Shown: positions 1 through 9,062 of the stretch, piece by piece
How the letters are laid out: every line of letters begins with the position of its first letter
How positions within the stretch are numbered: position 1 is the first letter of the stretch
NCBI GenBank assembly: GCA_963664815.2
Contig: CAXXHB010000003.1
Coordinates: forward strand, 1,184,001 to 1,248,000
Direction: 5' to 3'
From: Spirochaetota bacterium
GTDB taxonomy: Bacteria > Spirochaetota > UBA4802 > UBA5550
DNA: 64,000 nucleotides
Notes under the pieces: model-generated
Seen by the model: only the letters and a program-made list of their open reading frames with translations
Told to the model about the DNA's origin: nothing
The model's database searches: none
Program-made: the position numbers and the translations under genes

Positions 1-2
1 TG

Positions 3-530
3 TTTTCTGTTTCAACTACTACCAGGAATATCCGGGAAGGTGAAGTGGATGGAGTAAATTATAATTTTGTTTCGAAAGATGATTTTTGCCAAATGATTAA
101 AGATAACGAATTTTTTGAGTGGGCAGAAGTTTATGGTAATTATTATGGTACAACAAAAAAAGAAGTTGACAGAATAAGAAACAGCGGAAAAATAACACTC
201 TTCGATGTTGATGTCCAGGGTAGCAAAAGTTTAAGAAAGCAGATTAAAGAAGGAATTTTTATATTTATAATACCTCCATCTCCTGATGTTTTGAAGAAAA
301 GGTTAATCGGAAGAAAAACTGAAACCAGTGAACAACTGGATCTGCGGTTAAAAAATGCATATAAAGAGATTTCTGAGTATGTAAACTTCGATTATGTAAT
401 AGTAAATTGTGACCTTGAAAGTGCTTTTCAGAGACTTATGTCTATTGTTATGGCGGAGAAGTGTAAGATAATGAATGTAAAAAAACAAATAGAAGGGATT
501 TTGGAGGGTTTTAATGATTATACCACTTGA
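3..530 (+). CDS. gmk: Guanylate kinase (5'-truncated by window edge)
   Basis: Frame is open from position 3 (FSVSTTTRNIREGEVDGVNYNFV), with motifs EWAEVYGNYYGT and DVDVQG; followed by rpoZ. Confidence 0.95.
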   Translation, partial: FSVSTTTRNIREGEVDGVNYNFVSKDDFCQMIKDNEFFEWAEVYGNYYGTTKKEVDRIRNSGKITLFDVDVQGSKSLRKQIKEGIFIFIIPPSPDVLKKRLIGRKTETSEQLDLRLKNAYKEISEYVNFDYVIVNCDLESAFQRLMSIVMAEKCKIMNVKKQIEGILEGFNDYTT

Positions 531-720
531 CAAACTGTTAACTTTAAATACAAATAAGTATATATTTACAAAAGGAGTAATGAAGGCTGTCGACCTTGTA
601 GGAAATATTGCAAATTATCCGGAAGATGATTTAAACTGGAAGGTTGTCCCCAATGTTTTAAGGTTAGCTCTTGAAGGTGAAGTCAAACTTGTTTACAATC
701 ATGAAGGCGAAATTATTTAA
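514..720 (+). CDS. rpoZ: RNA polymerase omega subunit, spirochaete-type
   Basis: 68 aa immediately after gmk (conserved gmk-rpoZ order); MIIPLDKLL..NKY N-terminus and C-terminal LALEGEVK resemble omega. Confidence 0.7.
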   Translation: MIIPLDKLLTLNTNKYIFTKGVMKAVDLVGNIANYPEDDLNWKVVPNVLRLALEGEVKLVYNHEGEII

Positions 721-731
721 TCGAAGGTTAA

Positions 732-1637
732 ATTATCAAAGTTGTTGTCATTGTAGGCCCTACTGCTTCAGGTAAAACAGAATTATCTATAAATATTGCA
801 GATGGTAATTTTGAAATAATATCTGCTGATTCTGTGCAGGTTTATAGGTTTATGGATATTGGCAGCAGTAAACCGTCTCAGTTACAAATGGAAGCAGTCA
901 GGCATTATCTGATTGATGTTGTAAACCCTGATTATAATTTTTCTGCCGGAGATTTTTGTGAAAGGGCGACAATAGCCATACATGATATTCATCGACGGGG
1001 GAAAATACCGCTTTTAGTCGGTGGTACAGGGTTTTATATTAATTCATTCTGCTTTGGAATTGATGATGTTCCGGAAATAAAGGAGACAACAAGAATAAAA
1101 GTAGCATCTGAGTATGATAGTGGAAATTCCGATTTGCTTTACGAAGAGTTAAATAGGGTGGATCCTGAATTTGCATTAAAGGTTCATAAAAACGACAAGC
1201 AGAGAGTAATCAGGGCAGTTTCTGTTTTTCGGGATACCGGAAGGGCATTATCAAGCTATTTTAACAATAAAAGGAGGAATGAATATTTAGAAACACTGTT
1301 TATCGGAATCTCGATCGAAAGGGAGTCTTTATTGAAAAGGATTGATGACAGAGTGGATTTAATGATTAAAAAAGGATTTGTTGATGAAGTGGAAAATTTA
1401 AGAAATATGGGATATGCCTCATCTTTAAATTCTATGCAGTCTATAGGCTATGCAGAGATTAATAAGTATATTGATGGTATAATATCTCTGAAAGATGCTG
1501 TTGAAGAGATAAAAAATAATACAAAAAGGTATTCAAAGAAACAGATGACATGGTTTAAAAAAAATAAAAATGTAATCTGGTTCAGTCCGGGAGATAATAA
1601 AAATGTTTCGGATTTAATAAAAAATTGGATAAATTAA
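732..1637 (+). CDS. miaA: tRNA dimethylallyltransferase; probable non-canonical ATT/ATC start upstream of the ORF-track start (834)
   Basis: In-frame extension IIKVVVIVGPTASGKTELS..EIISADSVQVYR restores the P-loop; also VGGTGFY, QSIGY and KRYSKKQMTWF. In-frame TAA at 729-731. Confidence 0.93.
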   Translation: MIKVVVIVGPTASGKTELSINIADGNFEIISADSVQVYRFMDIGSSKPSQLQMEAVRHYLIDVVNPDYNFSAGDFCERATIAIHDIHRRGKIPLLVGGTGFYINSFCFGIDDVPEIKETTRIKVASEYDSGNSDLLYEELNRVDPEFALKVHKNDKQRVIRAVSVFRDTGRALSSYFNNKRRNEYLETLFIGISIERESLLKRIDDRVDLMIKKGFVDEVENLRNMGYASSLNSMQSIGYAEINKYIDGIISLKDAVEEIKNNTKRYSKKQMTWFKKNKNVIWFSPGDNKNVSDLIKNWIN

Positions 1638-1656
1638 TATTGAGGGGTTTCTAACT

Positions 1657-1896
1657 ATGAGTAAGCCGTTGAATAATCTTCAGGATATTTTTTTAAATTA
1701 TACAAGGAAGAATAAAACAGAAATTACTCTTTTCCTCGTAAACGGAGTTCCTATAAAGGGGAGAGTACTGAGCTTTGACAATTTTACAATTCTTATCGAA
1801 GTTGATAAAAAACAAAATCTGATATATAAACATGCCATATCTACCATGGTACCAAGCAAAACTATCCCTTTCAGGGATGAAGAAGAAAATCAATAG
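1657..1896 (+). CDS. hfq: RNA chaperone Hfq
   Basis: LQDIFLN, LVNG, SFDNF and YKHAIST (Sm1/Sm2 motifs); miaA-hfq synteny; SD GAGGGG. Confidence 0.96.
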   Translation: MSKPLNNLQDIFLNYTRKNKTEITLFLVNGVPIKGRVLSFDNFTILIEVDKKQNLIYKHAISTMVPSKTIPFRDEEENQ

Positions 1897-1909
1897 ATGA
1901 AGGGAAGAT

Positions 1910-2803
1910 ATGAAATCTCTCATTAAGCTATTGATAAAATTTCTAATTTTCATATCGGTAATTTATGGATTAATCTTTTCAATTTATAAATCAGGTAATA
2001 ATGAAATAATAATACTGAAAGATATAAAAAAAGATAAGATAATGCAATCCTATTCCTCAACTTATAACTTTATTTGGCAGGGATTATTACAATGGAATTA
2101 TCTTGTTGTAAGAATACCAATTAAAAGTTCAGCAATATTTAATATACAGGTAAAAATACCTTCTCTTTCATCTTTGAATGATGATCTGTATATCATTAAA
2201 TTACCGGTTAATATAAGCTATCAGTTAGATAAAACAAACTTGCCGGATTCTACATATTTAACCAGTAAAAATAACATTGAAAGTTATATCATGGAAAAAT
2301 CTTCAATCATAAGTCAGACTGTTTTAATGGGGTATCTTGAACCAGTTTATGATAAAAAAACAATATTAAAAAATGAAAAAATCATTGAAGATTTAATAAT
2401 ATCAGAGTTGATCAAGAAACTTAGAGGTCTTGGTATAATTGTTGATAAAATTGAATTTATTTCATCAGCATATTTTCCGGATAACCGACTTTATGCTGAG
2501 GGTTTAATTCAAAATAAAGAGATGAGAGATCTTGATTTTTCCAATAGAAAACAGGAAATTCTACTTGGGAAAAAGCTGTTGAAGGAAAAATTTGAGAATG
2601 AACTCTATTTTGAGAAATTATTAAGAATTTCATCTTTATTGAAAGATAATCCTGAGATTTTAAAATTTATTTATATTGACAAAATGGGGGATGACATAAG
2701 AGTTATTATATCATCCGATAAGACAGGTTTGCCCGCAATGCTTGGTGATGTTGCGGATAGAACAAAACCCGGTGTAAAGGGAGATGTTGATAATCTACGA
2801 TGA
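1910..2803 (+). CDS. Membrane-anchored SPFH/band-7-like protein
   Basis: N-terminal TM; LRGLGIIVDKIEF and C-terminal NPEILKFIYIDKM..IRVII resemble prohibitin/HflKC-family tails. Confidence 0.5.
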   Translation: MKSLIKLLIKFLIFISVIYGLIFSIYKSGNNEIIILKDIKKDKIMQSYSSTYNFIWQGLLQWNYLVVRIPIKSSAIFNIQVKIPSLSSLNDDLYIIKLPVNISYQLDKTNLPDSTYLTSKNNIESYIMEKSSIISQTVLMGYLEPVYDKKTILKNEKIIEDLIISELIKKLRGLGIIVDKIEFISSAYFPDNRLYAEGLIQNKEMRDLDFSNRKQEILLGKKLLKEKFENELYFEKLLRISSLLKDNPEILKFIYIDKMGDDIRVIISSDKTGLPAMLGDVADRTKPGVKGDVDNLR

Positions 2804-2844
2804 AAAAGAAATGCTTGAAGTAATTTATAATAAGGAGTTTTTTT

Positions 2845-2934
2845 ATGCCCTGCGGTAAAAAAAAGAAAAGAAAGAAGATAGCGAACCATAAAAGGAAGAA
2901 AAGAAGAAGACAGAATCGTCATAAGAAAAAGTAA
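2845..2934 (+). CDS. 29-aa basic peptide, bS22 / AURKAIP1-COX24 (mS38-like) ribosomal protein family
   Basis: Not in ORF track. MPCGKKKKRKKIANHKRKKRRRQNRHKKK; SD AAGGAG at 2832-2837; terminator follows. Confidence 0.88.
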   Translation: MPCGKKKKRKKIANHKRKKRRRQNRHKKK

Positions 2935-2954
2935 ATTAATTTGGTCTTATAGAG

Positions 2955-2985
2955 AAGAGATTGGCAATTAAGGCCAATCTCTTTT
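2955..2985 (+). terminator. Intrinsic terminator
   Basis: AAGAGATTGGC-aattaag-GCCAATCTCTT-TT, 11-bp perfect stem. Confidence 0.8.
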
Positions 2986-3007
2986 AGTATTTAATGGTGG
3001 CAGGATA

Positions 3008-3709
3008 ATGGCTAACGGGAACAGAAAACTCATCTGGAAAAGAAGACCTTCTGAGATCAGAGGGTATGAAAGAGCTATGTATGCTAACCTTGATAATGGT
3101 GATTATATACGTGTTGATTATAATACCGGTGAAAAAAATGCACGTCTTTATACTGAGGTTAATGAAGATAAAGGAATGTCTTATTATGCAGTTATAAGTA
3201 AAGGCAGGGTAACTGTTGAAAAAAATGGCAATGGACGATCCGCAGGGGTTGCAGAAAGATTAAGTGAAAGAGCGCGGGAATTTTCCTCATTGCCGAACAA
3301 AGATGTTTTAAAAATCATTAATAATAATTATGGGATTTCAATGTCCATAACTCCTGAGGAGAGTAAAAAAAAGGAGCATTTTGAAACTGAACGTGAAGAA
3401 ATAAAGAGAAAATATTTTAAAGCAGAGGATAATCCATATGTTCCTGGCGATTATACTATTCAGAGAAAAAGAACAAAAATAGCATTAATTGATCTTTTTG
3501 ACGTTATAACGGGTATTTTGATATCAGCGTTATTCTTTTTTTTAGGGCAGTATGATTTAATATCTGCTGGTGCAGCAGCTGTGATTTGGGGTATGCTTCT
3601 TGGAGTTTTTGATATTCTTTTAAGAGAGCGGGAGCCCGTATTTATTAAAATATTTTTTTTTCTTATTACAGGAGTAGGACTTTATTTATATAGCTATATT
3701 TATCTTTAG
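3008..3709 (+). CDS. Hypothetical protein, soluble N-terminus plus about 3 C-terminal TM helices
   Basis: 233-aa ORF with hydrophobic C-terminal ~75 aa. Confidence 0.75.
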   Translation: MANGNRKLIWKRRPSEIRGYERAMYANLDNGDYIRVDYNTGEKNARLYTEVNEDKGMSYYAVISKGRVTVEKNGNGRSAGVAERLSERAREFSSLPNKDVLKIINNNYGISMSITPEESKKKEHFETEREEIKRKYFKAEDNPYVPGDYTIQRKRTKIALIDLFDVITGILISALFFFLGQYDLISAGAAAVIWGMLLGVFDILLREREPVFIKIFFFLITGVGLYLYSYIYL

Positions 3710-4037
3710 TTTGTGCTGGAGAATCGGAAAGTCGTATTTTTTAAGTGGAAAATGTTGAGAAGTTTTAAGAATGAAGAATATTTATATATTTTTTTTCTAA
3801 AATGCTGTAATGTATTTGTTTTATAAGGCTGTGCAATGATTAATCATATGTTGTTTAAGATGATTGAGAGAATTAAATATTTCATGTATTTTAAAATATA
3901 GGACAAAGTATTTATGGGAGAATATATATTAATGAATTATTTTTTTTACTTGAAATGTTTTTACAAAAAATGATATTATATATATAATAGTAAAATTTAA
4001 ACCCTTTTGTACTTTAATAAAAAACAGGAATTGTAAA

Positions 4038-4499
4038 ATGCATCAGAAAAAGACAGAATTAAACACTTCACTCCAAATAATTTGTTTTAAGATCGGAAAT
4101 GAAGAGTATGGAATAGATATACTTCAGGTTCAGGAAATATTAAAAGTTCCAAAAATAACAAAACTTCCTAAATCTCGCTCTCATATCATGGGAGTGATCG
4201 ATTTGAGAGGCAAGGTTATTCCAATTATTGATCTTGGCAAGAAATTTGGAATAATTGCAGATTTGACAAATTCAAGCAGAACAATTGTTGTCGATATAGA
4301 AGGAAAAAGAGTTGGGTTGGCAATTGATTCGGTAAGTCATGTTATAAAAGTTGATCTCAGCGAGATTGAACCGCCACCACCTGTAGTAAAAGGAATTTCA
4401 GGAAAATATATAGTAGGAATAGCAAAATTGAAAACAGGATTTGTAGTGATTCTTGATATAAACCAGATTTTTTCAGTAGAAGATCTGATGTCGCTTTAA
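4038..4499 (+). CDS. cheW: Chemotaxis coupling protein CheW
   Basis: F.IGNEEYGIDI..VQEI, GVIDLRGKVIPIIDL, VGLAIDSV. Confidence 0.95.
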   Translation: MHQKKTELNTSLQIICFKIGNEEYGIDILQVQEILKVPKITKLPKSRSHIMGVIDLRGKVIPIIDLGKKFGIIADLTNSSRTIVVDIEGKRVGLAIDSVSHVIKVDLSEIEPPPPVVKGISGKYIVGIAKLKTGFVVILDINQIFSVEDLMSL

Positions 4500-4500
4500 T

Positions 4501-5664
4501 TCAGAAAGCTGCAATTAGAATTGTTTCAATTTCACTTTTAGAGATTTTTCTTGGCGTATTATTTATAAACGGATAAGAATAAGCCTGATCTGCAATTTCT
4601 TTAAACTGATTCTGCTTGATTTTAAATGTTGATAACCTTTGGGGAATTTCAATATCAATTTCCAGTTTTCTAACTGCTTCTACTGCCTTAATTGCCGCTT
4701 CAATGACTGTAATGTCTTTTACATCCTCTCCCATAACCTTTGACATCTGAACATATTTTCCTGGTGAGGTTGTAAGGTTGAATTCCATAATATGGGGGAT
4801 TATTACTGATATTGCAGTTTCCATATCTATATCTGTTTTTGATGAAATGGCGAGTGCAAGAGCCAGCGAAACAGAAAGGAAAGCAACAGAAAATGCAATT
4901 CCCGACATAACTGAAGCTGTTGATAAATTAACTCTGGGGGCAATGTTTTTTGGTTCCTTATAAGCAACCGGGAGATTTCTGAAAATAAGATCTATTGATT
5001 TCAGGGCATATGTATTAATAATATCGTTATTCATTGTTGAAATTACAGATTCAGTTGCAATTGCCAGTGAGCTGGTTGAAGTTTTAAGAATTTTGTCTTC
5101 TGATATCAAAAGTGATAGTTCGGGATCTACTATTGAAGCTAAAGGATAAAGGTTAAGATTATAGTAAACCTGGTTTGTCAGTTTATGGATCTCTTTTATG
5201 TAAAACATTGGTGAGATCTCAAATCCGAAAGAGGGGTAAGCCGGCATTGTTATATACCTGGCTGGAGGATTTAAAGTTTCCTTGCTGTAAAGTGCATCAT
5301 AACAAAAAATATAATTATTAATAAGTAGAGCAATTGCCTTGGCAGAAGTTAAAGATTCTATACCTCCAAAACCTATTATAAGGTCACATTTGGTTTTTTT
5401 TATAAATGATACAGCAATATCAATATCTTCGGTGGTCGGATTACCGGGTAGTTCATCATAAATAATACATCCGAGATTTACATTTTTAAAAAACCTGTAA
5501 ATCTCTGAAAGAGTTTCATGGTATAATTCAAAATCTGTTGTAACAGTTACAATAACAACTCTGGAACCATATTTAGATGAAATTTCAGCAGCATTTTTAC
5601 TGATACCCTGCTTTATATATATTTCTGTTGGAAGATGAAATTCAGGTGATATAATATCGCTCAA
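4501..5664 (-). CDS. Iron-containing alcohol dehydrogenase-fold protein lacking the metal ligands (probable pseudoenzyme)
   Basis: F.LPTEIY, CDLIIGFGG, IVDPEL, IPHIMEFN and IPQRL mark the family; the Asp/His ligand positions are substituted. Confidence 0.85.
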   Translation of the reverse strand: MSDIISPEFHLPTEIYIKQGISKNAAEISSKYGSRVVIVTVTTDFELYHETLSEIYRFFKNVNLGCIIYDELPGNPTTEDIDIAVSFIKKTKCDLIIGFGGIESLTSAKAIALLINNYIFCYDALYSKETLNPPARYITMPAYPSFGFEISPMFYIKEIHKLTNQVYYNLNLYPLASIVDPELSLLISEDKILKTSTSSLAIATESVISTMNNDIINTYALKSIDLIFRNLPVAYKEPKNIAPRVNLSTASVMSGIAFSVAFLSVSLALALAISSKTDIDMETAISVIIPHIMEFNLTTSPGKYVQMSKVMGEDVKDITVIEAAIKAVEAVRKLEIDIEIPQRLSTFKIKQNQFKEIADQAYSYPFINNTPRKISKSEIETILIAAF

Positions 5665-5702
5665 TGTAATCCTTCCCTGGTAGAGCTTTTTATCGGATCA
5701 AT

Positions 5703-5735
5703 AAAAAAAGCGGACATATCATATATCCCCGCTTT
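5703..5735 (-). terminator. Intrinsic terminator downstream of flgM
   Basis: Minus strand AAAGCGG...CCGCTTTTTTT stem with U tract. Confidence 0.7.
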
Positions 5736-5763
5736 GTTGTTAACAAGACTGTTTTTTTAAAAT

Positions 5764-6054
5764 TTATCTTAAAAGAAAGTTCGCTATTTTATCGGCTACC
5801 ATTTCAAGCATTTTATTATCATCGAAATTGTATGTGCCATTATCGATTCTCATTTTAATATCTTTTACTCTTTCAATTCTTGTATCCGGGGAATCTTTTA
5901 CAACTTGTGCACTTCGGGCAATATCCGCCGCCTGTTTTCCCTCATTTGATATTTGTATTGAATCACTTTTATATTCCTCTTTCTTCCCTGAAACAGGTTT
6001 GCTCTTTTTTGTGTCTGTGATATTATTTATGTTACCAATTTTTTCTATTACCAT
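5764..6054 (-). CDS. flgM: Anti-sigma28 factor FlgM
   Basis: DSIQIS.EGK, PDTRIERVKDIK.RIDNGTY, VADKI; sigma28 promoter upstream. Confidence 0.92.
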   Translation of the reverse strand: MVIEKIGNINNITDTKKSKPVSGKKEEYKSDSIQISNEGKQAADIARSAQVVKDSPDTRIERVKDIKMRIDNGTYNFDDNKMLEMVADKIANFLLR

Positions 6055-6083
6055 TGTAATAACCCTTCTCTTTTCTCTTATAT

Positions 6084-6110
6084 ATATCGGCTGTTTTTGT
6101 CAAATCTTTA
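6084..6110 (-). promoter_or_regulatory. Sigma28 (FliA/SigD) promoter of flgM
   Basis: Minus strand TAAA-N15-GCCGATAT, 30 nt upstream of the flgM ATG. Confidence 0.9.
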
Positions 6111-6142
6111 ATCAAATAAATATTATTTCAGGTTACTTCTGA

Positions 6143-7216
6143 TTAAAAATTTACTCCAGCTCCTGCAAAACACACTCCGATATCCATCGATTCATTTTTT
6201 AAAAATATTCTTTTATAAAGAACCCCTGTTTTTAAGGTTAAGGAAGACAAATTATATATAATATATGTTGAAATATCAATATCTGGATCGGTAGATTTTT
6301 TTTCAGCCAGGGATGATACAAAAGGTTTCTCGGGATTTAATGTAATAGTTGTACTTGTCATTCCTCCTCCCGCTGAAATTGATATACCAATGAAAGTATT
6401 AAACATTCGGGTATAGCATAAGGATATGTCACCGCTTTTTATATGAATTTGAGAATAAGTACTTGTATGTTTGTTTTCTGAATCACTTTGAATTGAATTA
6501 TATTTTAAAGATAAAGAAAAATGTTCTGATAAATCAATATCAATAAATGGTGCAAAATATAAAGAATTGTTGTAAACTGACGCCCATTTCCCAAAAATAA
6601 AAACGTATCCTCCATCAACACCGGTTGTTATAATACTAAAAGGCCTATATAGAGACATGAATGGCGATTTTTTTAATTTTTTTTCATTTTGTATATCAAT
6701 ATTTTTAATATATTCGTTGATTTTTTGTGATACTAAATCTGTTGTTTCTGTAAATTGAACACCTAATTCACTACTTTCCTGATCAATTATTTTTATATCT
6801 TCTGAAGTGGCATTAAAAATAATAACTTGCAGTGTTAGTTTCATGTTGATAACGTTAAAAAAACCTGTTATTATATAATCAGATTTATGTTTAAAACTCA
6901 GATCCTTAAGTGTATTTATATACTTTTCCTTTTCTGTTTTATTCTTGAGATCCGTTTCAATAGAAAACGGACCAGCTTCTCGATGGATTTTATATTTTCC
7001 TGAGTTTTGAAGATTTTTAGTAATGCTTTCAGGTATTATTGTGGAGTAAAATTGATGATTTTCTTTATAGTCTTTAATGTCATTATAATTATCTGTTGTT
7101 AAAAAATTATATATAAGAAGATTGTTTTTGCCGGAATAATTTAAACTATTTGAATATAAATTAGTGTTTAAAACTATTATTGTCTGGATGAAGAATATTA
7201 ATTTTAGTAATTTCAT
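6143..7216 (-). CDS. Exported protein: TolB-N/CsgG-like N-domain plus probable outer-membrane beta-barrel
   Basis: Signal peptide; IPESITKNL..SDYIITGFF; alternating amphipathic strands ending AGAGVNF. Confidence 0.6.
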   Translation of the reverse strand: MKLLKLIFFIQTIIVLNTNLYSNSLNYSGKNNLLIYNFLTTDNYNDIKDYKENHQFYSTIIPESITKNLQNSGKYKIHREAGPFSIETDLKNKTEKEKYINTLKDLSFKHKSDYIITGFFNVINMKLTLQVIIFNATSEDIKIIDQESSELGVQFTETTDLVSQKINEYIKNIDIQNEKKLKKSPFMSLYRPFSIITTGVDGGYVFIFGKWASVYNNSLYFAPFIDIDLSEHFSLSLKYNSIQSDSENKHTSTYSQIHIKSGDISLCYTRMFNTFIGISISAGGGMTSTTITLNPEKPFVSSLAEKKSTDPDIDISTYIIYNLSSLTLKTGVLYKRIFLKNESMDIGVCFAGAGVNF

Positions 7217-7335
7217 TACGTGAGTTAAATATCTCCTTTCATTATAAATATCATTATATTCATTGTTGTCAATTTGTTTTTAAGTTGAACCTTGATCTTA
7301 ATGTCCAGATATTTAGTTTTAATAATACGGATACA

Positions 7336-8523
7336 TTATGTTGAGTATGAGGCGTTTATTTTGACATAATCGTATGATATGTCGGTAGTAAGCATAGATG
7401 CAGTACCAGCTCCAATCCCTACATCAACAGTGATAGTGTAATTTCGTTGTTTAAGTGTTTCTTCAAGATCTTTGTAATCGATATTGGTAGGTTTACCTTT
7501 TATAAATAATCCCTTATTATTTATAAAAATTGAGAGTTTTTTTTCATCTATTTCTCCACCGGAATAACCAGCCGCGCATGCAATTCTTCCCCAATTGGGG
7601 TCATTTCCAAAAAAGGCTGTTTTTACAAGCAGTGATTTGGATACCGATGCAGCGATTAATCCGGCTTCTTTATCATTTGCTGCATTTGTTACTTTTATTT
7701 TTACAGATTTAGTGGCTCCTTCCCCATCGAAAATGAGCAGTTCGGCAAGTCTGTTCATGACATGTTCTAGAGAAAGCTTAAATTCCAGCAATGAATCTCC
7801 CCTTAAGCAAGTTTCTGATTCGGGGGATAATAGAATAGCTGTATCATTTGTTGACATATCACCATCTATTGTTATAGCATTAAAAGTCCTTTTTACAATT
7901 TCTTTGAATATTTGATCCATATCAGATTTTGCTACAGGCGCATCAGTAATAATAAACGAGAGAAGAGTGGCCATATTTGGAGAGATCATGCCTGAACCTT
8001 TGGCAATACCTGCAACAGAATATGTTGTTCCATTATGTTCAAAAGATGCAGCCGCTTCCTTGGGAATTGTGTCAGTGGTCATTATCGCTTCTGCAATGGA
8101 ATGACCGTTGTTTTCTGATAAATTGCTGACAAGATGAGGATGTGCTAAAAGCATTTTATCTACAGGGAGTTGTCGCCCGATAATACCGGTGGATGCAGAG
8201 AGAATGTTTTTTTCGGAAACCTTAAGCTTTTTTGCTAAATCTTCCGTGAGTTTCAATACATTTTCATAACCTTCATCTCCTGTACATGCATTAGCATTTG
8301 TTGAATTAACAAGGATAGCATGAATTTTGTTGTTAATCCGGCTTCTGGATATTTTAACCGGAGCTGCGGTAATACTGTTTGTTGTAAAAACTCCAACAGC
8401 ATTGCATGGAATTTCTGAAAAGATTAACCCATAATCGAGCTTGTTTTCATATCTGATGCCGCATTTGATTGATGAAAACGAAAATCCTTTTACATTCTGA
8501 AATCCACCTTCTAAAATTTTCAT
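7336..8523 (-). CDS. argJ: Ornithine acetyltransferase / N-acetylglutamate synthase ArgJ
   Basis: NANACTG, STGIIG, IMTTDT, KGSGMISPNMATLL (autocleavage Thr), DGDMSTND, DPNWGR. Confidence 0.97.
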   Translation of the reverse strand: MKILEGGFQNVKGFSFSSIKCGIRYENKLDYGLIFSEIPCNAVGVFTTNSITAAPVKISRSRINNKIHAILVNSTNANACTGDEGYENVLKLTEDLAKKLKVSEKNILSASTGIIGRQLPVDKMLLAHPHLVSNLSENNGHSIAEAIMTTDTIPKEAAASFEHNGTTYSVAGIAKGSGMISPNMATLLSFIITDAPVAKSDMDQIFKEIVKRTFNAITIDGDMSTNDTAILLSPESETCLRGDSLLEFKLSLEHVMNRLAELLIFDGEGATKSVKIKVTNAANDKEAGLIAASVSKSLLVKTAFFGNDPNWGRIACAAGYSGGEIDEKKLSIFINNKGLFIKGKPTNIDYKDLEETLKQRNYTITVDVGIGAGTASMLTTDISYDYVKINASYST

Positions 8524-8602
8524 TGTAATCTCCTGAATTTGATTTAACCTGAAAATAAAATATCACTTTTATAGCATTTTACGATTGAAATAGAAGATAG
8601 CC

Positions 8603-8686
8603 TGTCATTCCGAGGAAGTGGTATAGACTGAGCAGTTCGTAAGGCTCACTGACCGTTATTAATGGTTGCTGAGCAGAGTCGAAGCA
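8603..8686. repeat. Degenerate REP-like palindromic element
   Basis: TTCG-taag-GCTCA-CTGACC...GGTTGC-TGAGC-agagt-CGAA imperfect hairpin (8636-8683), preceded by GTCATTCCGAGG; a GC-rich patch in an AT-rich intergenic region. Confidence 0.5.
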
Positions 8687-9062
8687 CTCACATATGTTCG
8701 AAAAGATAAGGCCAAATTATTTCGTAAAATGATATAACTACTGTTAAAAGTCTGTTCTTTGTGAAGCCGGTTAAAATACATAATAAATGTGATTAAAATT
8801 CATGTGTAATCTGCAATATTGATAATGATTTAACAATATTGAATGAATTATGTATCATTTGAGGCAAGAAATAAATATTTTTTATGATGAAATAATTAAA
8901 CGCTAATAATTTTAATCGGTTTTGCTGATAATTGTGTATATTATGATGAACCGGTAATAGAAAGATAGATATCGTGAGAATTATATTTACCAATAAAAAT
9001 TGAATTCCAAAAAAAAGATATTGAAAAAAAAAGAAATATTTTATAGAGAATAAAATAATAGT

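Noticed and set aside
2998-3012. Sigma54-like TGGCAG-N5-TGGC
   Set aside because: Overlaps the RBS and start codon of the 3008 gene; mismatch in the -12 box.
5690-5716. Sigma28-like -10 box (TCCGATAA) upstream of the Fe-ADH-like gene
   Set aside because: The -35 position falls in the flgM terminator and does not match.
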